This document shows, in pieces, positions 1 to 10,053 of a DNA stretch of 64,000 nucleotides. Numbering within the stretch: position 1 is the first letter of the stretch; every line of letters begins with the position of its first letter. This DNA comes from Andalucia godoyi And28 (taxonomy: Eukaryota; Protista; Jakobida). Under the pieces are notes generated by a model. That model had not been told where the DNA came from, made no database searches, and saw only the letters and a program-made list of their open reading frames with translations. The stretch spans positions 89,051 through 153,050 of the forward strand of contig VRVR01000062.1 in NCBI GenBank assembly GCA_009859145.1, given 5' to 3'. Made by a program: the position numbers and the translations under genes.

Positions 1-2
1 AT

Positions 3-1013
3 CGCCGGTCGCGCTTCCCGGAGTCCATCACACAATCTCTTGGGAATTCTCGAATGGCTGTCGTCGAATGTTACTTCCATCCTATGCGCCGTGAATGGCA
101 AATTTTTCACGTGAGGACAGACAAGACGTACCCGAATGCTCTCATGACAGCAACTTCGACTCTGGAGACTCTTGCTGAGCATGTCACCGATGCCGAGATC
201 CGAGACTTGTCCACGGAATCAGCCAGAAAACAAGAAAAGGAGGCACTGGAACGGCCAGCATCGAGTCTGCAATCCGAGTTTGGGCCGCGTTACGAGCCAA
301 TCTTTTCGTTTGATCCGGATGTCGACGACACAGATCCATCAGCATTGGCATCGATGCGAGTTCGAATCCCCATGGCATTTCGTCGCTACGGAACCTCTCC
401 TGAAGAAGAAGACATGATTCATCGCGAAGTTGCAATTATGCCGGCGTTTTCACGAATGTGGTTGAAATTGAACATTTTACGTTACCGAAGCAGCGAAGAC
501 GCGGTTGCGGATCTTTCTGTGCTGATCGATGTTCGGAAGCGTGTGCATCAGGATGGAAGCATCACGGACGCTGGATTCCGACGAAACGACAATGCGTGGC
601 GTAAAGTGTGCGATGTCTCTCTCAGGCAAGCGACGCTTTTATGTCCCGAAATGCGGTCGGAACTCCAGGCAGCGGCAGCAGGCCATGGTGGCAGATCTTG
701 TCGTGCGGAGTGCGTGTTTGTGTCATCGGTGGGCCAATGGTTTGTTGTTCGTCTTCTTTCCTTTTCGTCGCCGCGTGATCTGTCTTCCGTGTTTTCCGAT
801 TCCAAATGCAGTGTCCGCCTGCTGCTGCAGAAACTCGAGTGGATAGCGTCGTGGAATGTGAATCGTAGGAAGCGCGACGTATTTTTGCGCGATCTTGAGC
901 GGAAAGGAGAACCGTTGCCTGCCAAGGAACCGTGGAATTGGAGTGCAATCGTGGATGATCTGTGCCGACGGCCGCTCCCAGAGTCCGTCTTATCCGATGA
1001 ACTGTTCATTTAG
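3..1013 (+). CDS. 5'-truncated gene: C-terminal part of an mRNA capping enzyme (guanylyltransferase OB domain) with a long C-terminal extension
   Basis: The frame is open from position 3 to the stop at 1013. VVECYF...W...VRTDKTYPNALMTATSTLETLAEHVT matches the GTase OB-fold motif VI pattern (ECxW...W...RxDKxxPN...T...I...VT). Confidence 0.7.
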   Translation, partial: RRSRFPESITQSLGNSRMAVVECYFHPMRREWQIFHVRTDKTYPNALMTATSTLETLAEHVTDAEIRDLSTESARKQEKEALERPASSLQSEFGPRYEPIFSFDPDVDDTDPSALASMRVRIPMAFRRYGTSPEEEDMIHREVAIMPAFSRMWLKLNILRYRSSEDAVADLSVLIDVRKRVHQDGSITDAGFRRNDNAWRKVCDVSLRQATLLCPEMRSELQAAAAGHGGRSCRAECVFVSSVGQWFVVRLLSFSSPRDLSSVFSDSKCSVRLLLQKLEWIASWNVNRRKRDVFLRDLERKGEPLPAKEPWNWSAIVDDLCRRPLPESVLSDELFI

Positions 1014-1462
1014 CGCTTGCTGCACTTGGGGCGGAGAGAATAAACAGTGATAAAGTAAGTAAGTATATTTGTAACGCAAATGTCAGCCCTTCACACTGGC
1101 GGAGACACATACAGCCATCACTGGCCACGATGGGGCGATCACGACATAGCAAACTATTCTAGACTTCCAAAAAATATAAAAGGAAAGTGAAACAGCAGAG
1201 GAAGAGAAGAAGAGAAGAAAGGCGCAATCAAAACAAAAACCAAGCAAAACCACGATAACAAGAGAACAACAAAAACGAGCACGTCCCTTCATACAAGTTA
1301 TGATCCGAGGGGTGGAAGGACGGATATTAGAGCAGGAACAGCAAAATCGAACAAACCAAACCAAACCAAACCAAAAAAGAAAAGAAAAGAAAAGAAAAAC
1401 GGGCCAGAACACCAGCAAAAACACACGGTTGTATGGTAGGGAAGAAACGGCGGCAAGGATCA

Positions 1463-2047
1463 CTAGGAAGTTTGCCACGGCGACAGAAACGGTGGATTGG
1501 ACGACTGGAAGTACTGGGAGAGTTTGAGCGTGCTTGGCAGTCCAGTGATGACCGGGGCCGATGCGACGACTGCTGCAGTGGACGTCGCTGCATCCTGTGT
1601 ACTCCACGGTCCAAATCCGCCGAATGCAGCCATTGACGAGCCCAGAAATCCGCCGTACGAGTCCGCATACGCAAGCGAACCCCCCGTACTCCCCGAGCTC
1701 CCCGCACTGCCCGTGCCAAGGACAGTCCCTGCCAAGACGTCCTCAAAGAACCTGTACCAGCGCTCGAGTTCGCCAATGGACTCGGCCATGTAATACAGCG
1801 TCCGATCGCCCTCGGCATCGCTAATGTCGACGTGGAATGCATACGCCCGGAACTGCGCGGGGCCACCTGGATAGTCCGGGACTCGTCGAACGCCCTTCAC
1901 ACGCCCCAAATTCAACGTCCCTTTCGCGGTCTTCTTCTTCTCTTCCACATAGTACGTCATAATGTCGCTTGTCGAGGTGTGCTGCGAAAAGTACCGGCGG
2001 TTCCAGTTTGTCCGCTCAGACCCTTTCTTGTGAAGCCACCCTTCCAT
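1463..2047 (-). CDS. Small PH-domain protein (~194 aa) with a Ser/Gly/Ala-rich tail
   Basis: MEGWLHKKGSERTNWNRRYF...YYVEEKKKTAKGTLNL...YYMAESIGELERWYRFF is a canonical PH pattern. ATG at 2047; the ORF track starts further upstream at 2086. Confidence 0.85.
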   Translation of the reverse strand: MEGWLHKKGSERTNWNRRYFSQHTSTSDIMTYYVEEKKKTAKGTLNLGRVKGVRRVPDYPGGPAQFRAYAFHVDISDAEGDRTLYYMAESIGELERWYRFFEDVLAGTVLGTGSAGSSGSTGGSLAYADSYGGFLGSSMAAFGGFGPWSTQDAATSTAAVVASAPVITGLPSTLKLSQYFQSSNPPFLSPWQTS

Positions 2048-2160
2048 CCTCGCTCCTCTGCCACCCGTATGTACCCTGTCGCGCACACACGCTGTCTTTT
2101 TACCCCCAGAATGATTCTTTCAAACTCTCCTATGATCGCCACCGATGTGCATGAAGGTGC

Positions 2161-2223
2161 AATCACAAGCCCAAATCACAAGCCCCAAATCACAAGCCCC
2201 AAATCACAAGCCCCAAATCACAA
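2161..2223 (+). repeat. Tandem repeat, 14-bp unit AATCACAAGCCCCA, about 4.5 copies
   Basis: Read directly. The first unit is 13 bp. It lies between the divergent PH gene and the gene starting at 2779. Confidence 0.95.
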
Positions 2224-2778
2224 AAATCCAACAACAAACATGTATCGTGCCCCTACTCTGCATCGACAGTAACTCCGTATGCCATAGGAAAGTAGCATCA
2301 AGCATCAATTGGACGCACCGAGAAAAGAAATCACAGAAATTCCAGCGACTGTAACGAACTGTGTTTTACCGGTCATGGCGCTATTTTTCATTTTGCCTTT
2401 TCTTGGCCGTGAGACTAGACGGTACGCAAGAAGGGAGTGTACGTCGTATGTCGTCCAGTAGCCTCAACACATTGCATCATCCACACCCAACACGCTTGCC
2501 CCCCGCCCACCCGAGACTTGATCCATGGGTTCCTTCTCGTCTGTTCTGTTGCGCTTTCTTCTTCTCCTTTGTTTTCCTTTTCTTGATCCTAGGTTCCTAG
2601 ACCCCTCGCCGCCCTCGATCCATTTTTCTACGGTTTTTTTTTCCCGCCCAAAACTTTATCCTTGGCAAAAGAGAGTGGAGTGAGTGAGTAAGAGGGCGAA
2701 AAAAGAAAAGAAAAGAAAGGAAACATCATCACGTTCATTCCGAAACAGTTGAGTTCATTTTTCACACACGAGAAAAAA

Positions 2779-4857
2779 ATGGATGTTGTAGTGTCTACTC
2801 CGGCTACGACGCTTCATGAAGTGTTTCTGGCGGTCCCAACGTCGCTTTTGGTAGACTATTCTGCAATTCTGCATCCGTTGCCTCTTCCTTCACAGCCGCC
2901 ACTGTCTTCGTTGTCATCGTCGGCGTCGTCATCGTCGTTATCGCCGACGACAACCTCCACTTCTGCGGGCTCGGCACCCTCTGTCAGCAGCAGCAGCAGC
3001 AGCAGCACGACGACGACGACGACGACTGGTCGTTCGTCATCATCGGCACCGCTGAATGGAGGTTCCGGAAACATCAGCAGTGCATTGCCCTCGTCCACAT
3101 CACCGGCAGCAACGTCTTCAACCGTGCCGACGCTGACACCGCCACTGACGCCGACACTGACGCCGCTGTCAGTGTCTCTTGGATTCGCATCGTCGCGAGA
3201 TACACTGCTGCCGACGTGGCCGCATCTTGCTTGTGCGCTTGAATCCCTTCCAATCGAGTCCTTTGGCACGCTTTCGCATCTCCGCCCTTTTGATGCGCTC
3301 AATCCCCCGCACATCCCTACATACAACCGACGACCGTTCTTCAGAGTAGAGTTTGCACTCTCGTATTCATCATCGCCGTTGTCGTCATCCGCGTCGTCGT
3401 CCATTTCAGGATCGAATGGCAGCGGAAATGAAAATGACGATGGATCGATCGGAGATAAGACTGGCATGAACGGAGGCGCGTCGTACATTGGAGGAGTGCC
3501 GGTTGTCGACGCGATCGATGTGCACATGGGGGTGTTTTACGGAACGCCAATGCCGGATAATGAAGGCGAGTCGCTTTTGAGGCATGTTGTGCATCACAAC
3601 CCGACGTCAAAGCCGTTCATTCAGCCGCTTGCATTCTCCAAGCCTTCGCACCACGGAGTTTCTGGCGGTGTGGGAATGGGCAACAGCGGGCGCGCAGACC
3701 AGGGGCCGAATGTTGCTTCCTTGCTGGCAGCTTCACAGGCAATTTTGGAAGATCGGTTATGCGCAATTCCAATTTCCGCACCGGCAACCGCTATATCGTC
3801 ATCGTCTGTTTCCGGGACGACGATGACCACTACTACCACGACGACTACTGCGACTGGGATTTCCACATCGTCTGCCGTGCCTGGCAGTGGAAGTGGATTG
3901 ACGACTGCCACGCAGATTGTTCAGATTACGACGCCGCCCATTTCATTTGCAATCAATTCGACGGGACATTGGGGAAAACTGAACAGGCATGGCGCTCCAA
4001 CTCCGCTTCACGTGGTGATGTTGGTCAGTGATGCACGCACTGGGGCTGTTCTTGGTGTGTGGGTTTCTCCGCGCGTGCTGCTCTATGCATCCAACAAGTC
4101 AGCGGGCCGCGTGCAGCGACAGCTTTTGTGCCGCCGTGAGCGCCGAAAGAGAGGTCGAGGCATGACAATGACGGATGGGGAAGAGGACGAGTCTCATGGT
4201 GTAGAGGAAGAGACCGAAGGAGACGACCAAGATGTGGATGGCTCCGGTCGCTCTGGCTCCATGAACTTGGGCATGAACATGGGCATGGGAATAGGGATGC
4301 TTGGCATGCAAAGTGTTTCGGCGACGACGTCATCTGCAATCCCGCAGCCAATAAATGCGGCTTCGGGAGGATCGACATCCAACGCAATCCCCAGTACGTC
4401 CTCGGTACCATCTTCGTCGATTCCGAACAATGCTACCTCCTCTGCAATTCCTTCTGTGTCGTCGGTGTCATCGAAGGCTCCTTCATCGACAGCTGGATCA
4501 GTCAAGGGAGCTGGAAGCCAAGGGGTGCCTGCGGGTAGCACCGGTGGTTCTGCCGCGGGGCGCTCTGCCGCTGCGAATGCAAGTGGAAACAAGCGCGCGC
4601 GTGGTATGCATCAGCAGCACCAACAACATCATCTGCATATGCATGAAGAAGATGGCGATACAGCAAATCCAGAGGACCACATTGGACACCACCACCATCA
4701 TCATCTGGATGACGAGCATTTGCATTTGGTGCACCGACACGATGACGACCACCTCGGCCAAGACCATGAAGAAGGGGACAACGAGGAGGATGCGGATGCG
4801 CCGCACCAAGACGAGGACGCAGAAGGCCTCGAAGTTCCTGCGGTTCAGCGCGAATAA
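2779..4857 (+). CDS. Hypothetical low-complexity protein (~692 aa); possible beta-rich DNA-binding domain plus basic NLS
   Basis: Long ORF with ATG at 2779. Poly-S/T/H/D tracts separate folded-looking segments (FAINSTGH...LHVVMLVSD...SPRVLLYASNK), followed by RRERRKRGR. Confidence 0.7.
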   Translation: MDVVVSTPATTLHEVFLAVPTSLLVDYSAILHPLPLPSQPPLSSLSSSASSSSLSPTTTSTSAGSAPSVSSSSSSSTTTTTTTGRSSSSAPLNGGSGNISSALPSSTSPAATSSTVPTLTPPLTPTLTPLSVSLGFASSRDTLLPTWPHLACALESLPIESFGTLSHLRPFDALNPPHIPTYNRRPFFRVEFALSYSSSPLSSSASSSISGSNGSGNENDDGSIGDKTGMNGGASYIGGVPVVDAIDVHMGVFYGTPMPDNEGESLLRHVVHHNPTSKPFIQPLAFSKPSHHGVSGGVGMGNSGRADQGPNVASLLAASQAILEDRLCAIPISAPATAISSSSVSGTTMTTTTTTTTATGISTSSAVPGSGSGLTTATQIVQITTPPISFAINSTGHWGKLNRHGAPTPLHVVMLVSDARTGAVLGVWVSPRVLLYASNKSAGRVQRQLLCRRERRKRGRGMTMTDGEEDESHGVEEETEGDDQDVDGSGRSGSMNLGMNMGMGIGMLGMQSVSATTSSAIPQPINAASGGSTSNAIPSTSSVPSSSIPNNATSSAIPSVSSVSSKAPSSTAGSVKGAGSQGVPAGSTGGSAAGRSAAANASGNKRARGMHQQHQQHHLHMHEEDGDTANPEDHIGHHHHHHLDDEHLHLVHRHDDDHLGQDHEEGDNEEDADAPHQDEDAEGLEVPAVQRE

Positions 4858-5265
4858 GTCCGCGACACAGCGAGGCAAAAGACGTACTATTTAAAAAAAT
4901 GAAAACAAAACAAAACAAAAACTACTCGATCGACTCGTCTTGTTTTTCTGAACCTGCCCCGGATCCCCATTAAAGAATAGGCTGTATACATTTATTTGTA
5001 TGCACCGTTCCTCACAAAGACGACAACGAGCAACATGCATGAACGAACGCAAACAACAAAGCAAACGACATGAGAATCCGGGTTTGTTCGTTTAACGAAA
5101 TTTTTCCAGACGCTAATTTTTTGGGATGTAGGCATATGAAGCCTCGAAAATGCGGAAAGCTGCAGCAGCACAGGCGAAAAATGATAATAATAATATTGTA
5201 GAATATAGAAAACCGACAACAGCAAGCAATCAAACAAATATGAACATGTGCAACCGTTCCTGTGC

Positions 5266-5820
5266 TCATGGCGATCCATTGGCAGGTGATTTGGGCCTGT
5301 CTTGCGAGGCAGGAATGGTTGGCTGGCTAGGAATGGTCATACTGACCGATGCGATGGTCCGGTTGAGATTGAGGAAGAATCGTTGACGGATTCGATCTTC
5401 GGCTCTGCATAACTCGGACCATTCGTCTCTGTGATTTGCCAACGTTGCGGATAAGTCTCTGACATTCGATCGCATTGTCTCGGCGCCAGACGATGCTCGA
5501 GCCAGCCGGTTGTCCACAGCTGACATGTCCCGGATCATGGCGTCCACCTTTACTCTTTGCTCCACCATTTGCTTTTCAAAGGACTCGCAAGAAACATCGT
5601 GCGTTTCAAGCAGCATGTCGCGCAATGCGTACTGCTGCACCAGGGTGGACACGGAATTTCTCTGAATGTGCGTGGGAAACGCGTGGTTGAGACTCAGAGA
5701 CTGGTTGCTCATGTGCGGATGTCGGCTGCGAACGGACCCGTTGGTCGTGCTTGTGTCGGAGCGACTGTCAGACCAGTATGCCATTTCTGGCCCCTCGGAT
5801 CCTGAAACACTCGATGACAT
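5266..5820 (-). CDS. Hypothetical coiled-coil protein (184 aa)
   Basis: ATG-started ORF between AT-rich spacers, with a heptad-like helical core (EKQMVEQRVKVDAMIRDMSAVDNRL...). Confidence 0.65.
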   Translation of the reverse strand: MSSSVSGSEGPEMAYWSDSRSDTSTTNGSVRSRHPHMSNQSLSLNHAFPTHIQRNSVSTLVQQYALRDMLLETHDVSCESFEKQMVEQRVKVDAMIRDMSAVDNRLARASSGAETMRSNVRDLSATLANHRDEWSELCRAEDRIRQRFFLNLNRTIASVSMTIPSQPTIPASQDRPKSPANGSP

Positions 5821-6272
5821 TCGTCTCCCTCCTCAAGACCTCCTCTGCGTGGCGGTGTCCTATCTTGACAAGGCGAGGTTTCTCTTTTGTGGAGGAAGTT
5901 GGCTTGCAGGAGAAATGAGGATGCCGGATGAGCCGCAGCTCGGATTGGGAAATATTCCCGAGCTTTTTTAAATTTTTATTTTACGTTTTTGATGCCTGCG
6001 AGCTTGGAGAAATCTGCCCGCAACCGCTTGCTGGGTTGCGAATCCCGTAGCAACAGATTGCTCCACGGCACGTGCCGCGTGTGTCATGAGGAATTCTAAT
6101 GGAGGATGGGGGAAGGTGTGAGTGGCTCGTATCACATCATGCCAGCTCACGTTTTTTTTATTATTACATACTCTACACGTTGAGCATCTACAACGAACTG
6201 CTGCCAAGCGTACAATATGATGTGGCAACGTGAAGCCCGGGTCGAACTGGTCATCGCTGGGGATGGCGTTGT

Positions 6273-7144
6273 TCACGAATGGCCAAAGCAGCGCTGCCAA
6301 AACGGACGTGCGTCATTCTCCGATTGGATTGTGAGGTCAGCCAGGAAACACATGGGGTCAGGACACCTTTGCAGCCACTCACATCGCTCGGAATACTTGC
6401 ACGTTCCCGGATAGTCACCGACCCAGTGTTGCATATCCCACATTGCTTGGAAATGCACGTGGGGAGACCAACCGCCGTTGACGCCCGCGTCCCCAACACT
6501 GGCGATCTGTTCTCCGCACTGCACTACCTTTCCGACGAATTTGTCCTCAAGCGAATCCAGCGACAGGTGGCCGTAAAGTGTGTAGAACGTCGTACGGCCA
6601 ACCGAGTGGGACAGCACAATCGTCGGCCCATAGTCTCCTGCATTTGCATTGTTGGCAAACGAATGCACAACACCATCCAATGGCGCATACACCTTCGATC
6701 CAGACGCACAAAACACATCGATCCCCAAGTGGAAGTCACGCGGCTCTACGTAGTGCGGATGCAACAAGCACAAAAACAACGGCCGATGCAACATAGAAAT
6801 CAGCAAGTCGTGTGAGACAGAATGGGATGGGACAGAGTTAGGATCCAGGACAAAAGAACAAGCGAACAAGAGCGGTGTGTCTGCATACCTTGGGTGTTGT
6901 TGGTGAACAACGGGGTTGCGTAGATGCCTGGTCTGTGTTCTCCGTATCCGCCAATCGCATATGCATACACCGGAAATACGGACTGCTCCAGCAGGTGTGT
7001 AAAGCAATCGAGTCGGAGCAGCGACACAGGGAATTGAGACAGCGAAATGCTGATCGCCGGTTTGTTCTCCGCGTCTACAATGCATCGAAGCCTCGAGCTG
7101 TGTTTCACCAACACCGACAAATCCCTGGCCGTATGCTCAGTCAT
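6273..7144 (-). CDS. Bacterial-type M23 (LytM-like) zinc metallopeptidase, two exons (7144-6889 and 6745-6273), 242 aa
   Basis: Splicing gives ...YAIGGYGEHRPGIYATPLFTNNTQ-E-PRDFHLGIDVF...GDYGPTIVLSH...FYTLYGHLS...NGGWSPHVHFQ...GDYPG. The HxxxD and HxH zinc ligands are intact. Exon lengths 256+473 = 729 nt = 243 codons. Confidence 0.9.
6746..6888 (-). other. Spliceosomal GT-AG intron (143 nt, phase 1) in the M23 gene
   Basis: Minus strand reads CAAG|GTATGCAG...pyrimidine-rich...CTACGTAG|AGCCG. Removing it joins two different reading frames into one continuous M23 protein. Confidence 0.88.
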
Positions 7145-7448
7145 CTCTTTTTTCCCTCTCGTGCCAGAAAAAGAACAGCAAATAGACAAACGAAAAGTGG
7201 AATTTAAAGCGACAACAGTACGAACTGCCAAGCAGGCGTATGTCGTATAGCTGCGGGACCGAAACAGCTATGACGACTCCAATAGCTGCCTCAACTGGTC
7301 AGCCTTCTCCGCATGCTGGATCTCCTTCAGATGGAGAGGCACGTTTGACTTGTTTCATTGTCCGTTGCTCTGCGATCCAGTGGTTGTCGGTGCGAAAGTA
7401 GCTTTTTTAAATTAACGAGCTGTGTTTGGTCCTGTGCGGGGCAGTGAG

Positions 7449-8450
7449 ATGACGGATCTTCTTGAGTTTCCAGAGCTTGAGAATTTGCAAGCACTTCGAA
7501 AGGAAGCACGGGGATATGAAGAGACGATTGCGGCGCTGACGACACTGTCGAAGCAAGAACCTTCGCCACCTGCGTTTGTCCCGTTCACGAGCGTCGCGTT
7601 TGTGCCCGGGCGTATCGTGCACCCGTACGAAGTGCTTTGTTTTGTAGGTGATGACTACTTCTTGAAGAAGTCCATTCCGGGCGCCATCGAGCTTCTTGAG
7701 CGCCGAAGGGCAATTGCAAAGCAGCTCATTCAGCAGTCTGAGATGCAGATTGAACAGCACTTCCGCCAGGCTGGTGTGCTTGGGTTCCCTGTCCACGATG
7801 CCCGCGCCAAGGAATACCATTCGTTACAGCCACAGCCACAGCCAAAGCCAGTGCCGCATCAGCATCAACATCCGCAACAGAAGACAGGAGAGCGACATCA
7901 CGGGTCTGTTCGTGAAATTTCGGAAGGCGTGTTTGAGATATCCGAACCGTATGACGGTCCGCCGATAGTGAAACCGATGCACAGAGATGACTTTGACGAG
8001 GAAGATGGCGAGGGCGACAGCCGTGAGAGCATCAGTGGCGATGAAGACGAGAACGCGTATTATGCAGAGGCGAGCCAAGCCTGGGTGCAGAGAACTCGCG
8101 AGCTTGCCTTGGAGCAGCAGGAGGAGCAGCAAGAGGAGGAACATGAGGTGGTGGAGGATCGCGAGCATGGATCCGGGATGGCTGCGCAGCCTGCTCCGCC
8201 CCGCAGAGTTCAAGAAAGAAATGAAGCTGCATCGACGACGGCTGCGTCGGCAGTGCAAGACCGACAGTCTGCAGGCAAGCCAAAAACAGTGGTTCCAACG
8301 CCGGCCGCAATTGCAAATGTCATGGAAATGAATGTCGATTTTGATGCGCTATCCATGAGCAGTTTCATGGCACCGCAGCACCCCGCGCCTGGAACGGAGA
8401 CTTCAGGACAGCGGAAAAGCAAGTTTGCCCAAGAACGCAACAAGCCATAA
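7449..8450 (+). CDS. URI1: URI1/Bud27-like unconventional prefoldin RPB5 interactor (~333 aa)
   Basis: Alpha-prefoldin N-terminus (AFVPFTSVAFVPGRIVHPYEVLCFVGDDYFLKKS...A.ELLERR), an acidic middle, and a C-terminal KSKFAQER resembling the URI box. Confidence 0.8.
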   Translation: MTDLLEFPELENLQALRKEARGYEETIAALTTLSKQEPSPPAFVPFTSVAFVPGRIVHPYEVLCFVGDDYFLKKSIPGAIELLERRRAIAKQLIQQSEMQIEQHFRQAGVLGFPVHDARAKEYHSLQPQPQPKPVPHQHQHPQQKTGERHHGSVREISEGVFEISEPYDGPPIVKPMHRDDFDEEDGEGDSRESISGDEDENAYYAEASQAWVQRTRELALEQQEEQQEEEHEVVEDREHGSGMAAQPAPPRRVQERNEAASTTAASAVQDRQSAGKPKTVVPTPAAIANVMEMNVDFDALSMSSFMAPQHPAPGTETSGQRKSKFAQERNKP

Positions 8451-8502
8451 GAATACATTATTTCTTTTTTTATGTCTGTATGTGTGTGTACATGTATGTA
8501 TA

Positions 8503-8504
<2 letters not shown>

Positions 8505-8590
<86 letters not shown>
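8505..8590 (+). repeat. (TG)n microsatellite, about 43 units with one interruption
   Basis: Read directly, between the convergent 3' ends of URI and the BSD gene. Confidence 0.97.
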
Positions 8591-8592
<2 letters not shown>

Positions 8593-8655
8593 GCATATTA
8601 AATAAGCAACTAACAGTTCGCTCGACTCGGGGAAGCAGCCTGGACTGCTGACAAC

Positions 8656-9822
8656 TCAGGACTCATCGTCGCCCCAGTCCCAAACGTCCTCGTCCTCTGG
8701 GTTCTTTTCCACTGCGGCACTCGATGACTCTGACGATTTGTGCAGTGCATAGTGAGGCTCAACAGGAATCGAAGACGACCGCCTCACCACAACATCACTG
8801 TTCTCCAACTCGGGTTTCTTGAATTCCTCCACCTCTGCAGGCTCTACTACTTCAAGAGAGGATGCAGGCGAACTCTCCACCGACTCGTCTTTTTCTCTCG
8901 TCTCTTTCTCACCACGCTCTTCAGCTTTCCCGCCCTTACCTTGTCCGTCCTGCTCTGCTTTCCTGTCTTGTTCTGCTGGAATCGATTGTAATTGCTGCTG
9001 CTGGACAAGACGAGCATTTTCCGACTCGAGCTCAAACACGCGATATTCAAGCTGCTGAATTCTCTGCAATGCCTCTCCAAGCTGCGACTTCAGACTATTC
9101 ACAAGCGGATCCTCGCGATTCTCGAGTGAAAGCGACTCAATTTTCTCACTTGCACGATTCACATCCACTGCACTCTTGCTACTTGAATCTGCACCCGTTG
9201 CAGGCACCTCTCCTCCTCCTCCTCCTCCTTCGCCTTCTCGTCCGACCTCATCATCATCCCCGTCGTCCCACTTGACTTCTTCGTCGTCATGGTGATGCTG
9301 ATCCTGATGGACTCGCAGAGGAATTCGCTTCTTGCGCTCCGCATCAAACTGTTCCTTTCTCCGAAAGAACGAGCCCCAGAAATGCGCATACGGAATCTTT
9401 TCAGGAACAGCGCTTTCAAACCGGTCGCGCAACAACGGATAGGTCTCAAGCAAGCTCGTAATCTCGTCTGTCCGCTTCAGAATCTCCTCCGCCGACACCG
9501 GGTCCGAAGCGACCATCGCATACGTGCTCGCCTCTCCTAAGAACGCCTCGAATGCCGGGTCTCGAACCATAGCCCCAGCCCCCGTCGTGCTGGAATGATG
9601 AAGACTGGAGTTGATGCTAGAGTGAGAAGATGACGGCTCTCCCGCGGCAGCCGTCCCCAGCGTGAGCACCTCGGCGGTGAACTCCGAGATGTCCTTGGTG
9701 TACTCTTCCACGAGCGACTCGGTCGTTGACTTGATCGTCTCGAGAAACGAAAAGAAACTCGTTGCAGCTTCTTGGTCCGACGACGTCGGAACAGGCGACG
9801 AAAACCCCCACATTCCCTCCAT
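8656..9822 (-). CDS. BSD-domain protein (BSDC1-like), ~388 aa
   Basis: EITSLLETYPLLRDRFESAVPEKIPYAHFWGSFF is the BSD signature. The N-terminal ESLVEEYTKDISEFT segment is also typical. A coiled-coil and an acidic WDW tail follow. Confidence 0.85.
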   Translation of the reverse strand: MEGMWGFSSPVPTSSDQEAATSFFSFLETIKSTTESLVEEYTKDISEFTAEVLTLGTAAAGEPSSSHSSINSSLHHSSTTGAGAMVRDPAFEAFLGEASTYAMVASDPVSAEEILKRTDEITSLLETYPLLRDRFESAVPEKIPYAHFWGSFFRRKEQFDAERKKRIPLRVHQDQHHHDDEEVKWDDGDDDEVGREGEGGGGGGEVPATGADSSSKSAVDVNRASEKIESLSLENREDPLVNSLKSQLGEALQRIQQLEYRVFELESENARLVQQQQLQSIPAEQDRKAEQDGQGKGGKAEERGEKETREKDESVESSPASSLEVVEPAEVEEFKKPELENSDVVVRRSSSIPVEPHYALHKSSESSSAAVEKNPEDEDVWDWGDDES

Positions 9823-10022
9823 CGTGCACAGAATACAGTGCACGGTCCTATCCTAGCTCGTTTCAAAAAAAACAATTATAAAAATAATAAATAAAATGAA
9901 TAAAGTTGTTCAAATAAAGCAAAAACTATATTACCATGCATAATTCATGAAGACGAGCCGAAAGCAGACGGAAAACTGAAACCCAAATGCCTGATACATT
10001 GGCAACACAAAGAAGCACTGGA

Positions 10023-10053
10023 AATGACCCGACAATGACCCGACAATGACCCG
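10023..10053 (+). repeat. Short tandem repeat, 11-bp unit AATGACCCGAC, about 2.8 copies
   Basis: Read directly, in the intergenic region. Confidence 0.85.

Noticed and set aside
6889-7085. N-terminus of the 270-aa track ORF 6273..7085 as the true M23 start
   Set aside because: That frame reads through the intron and gives nonsense. The homologous N-terminus (GGYGEHR) is in another frame starting at ATG 7144.
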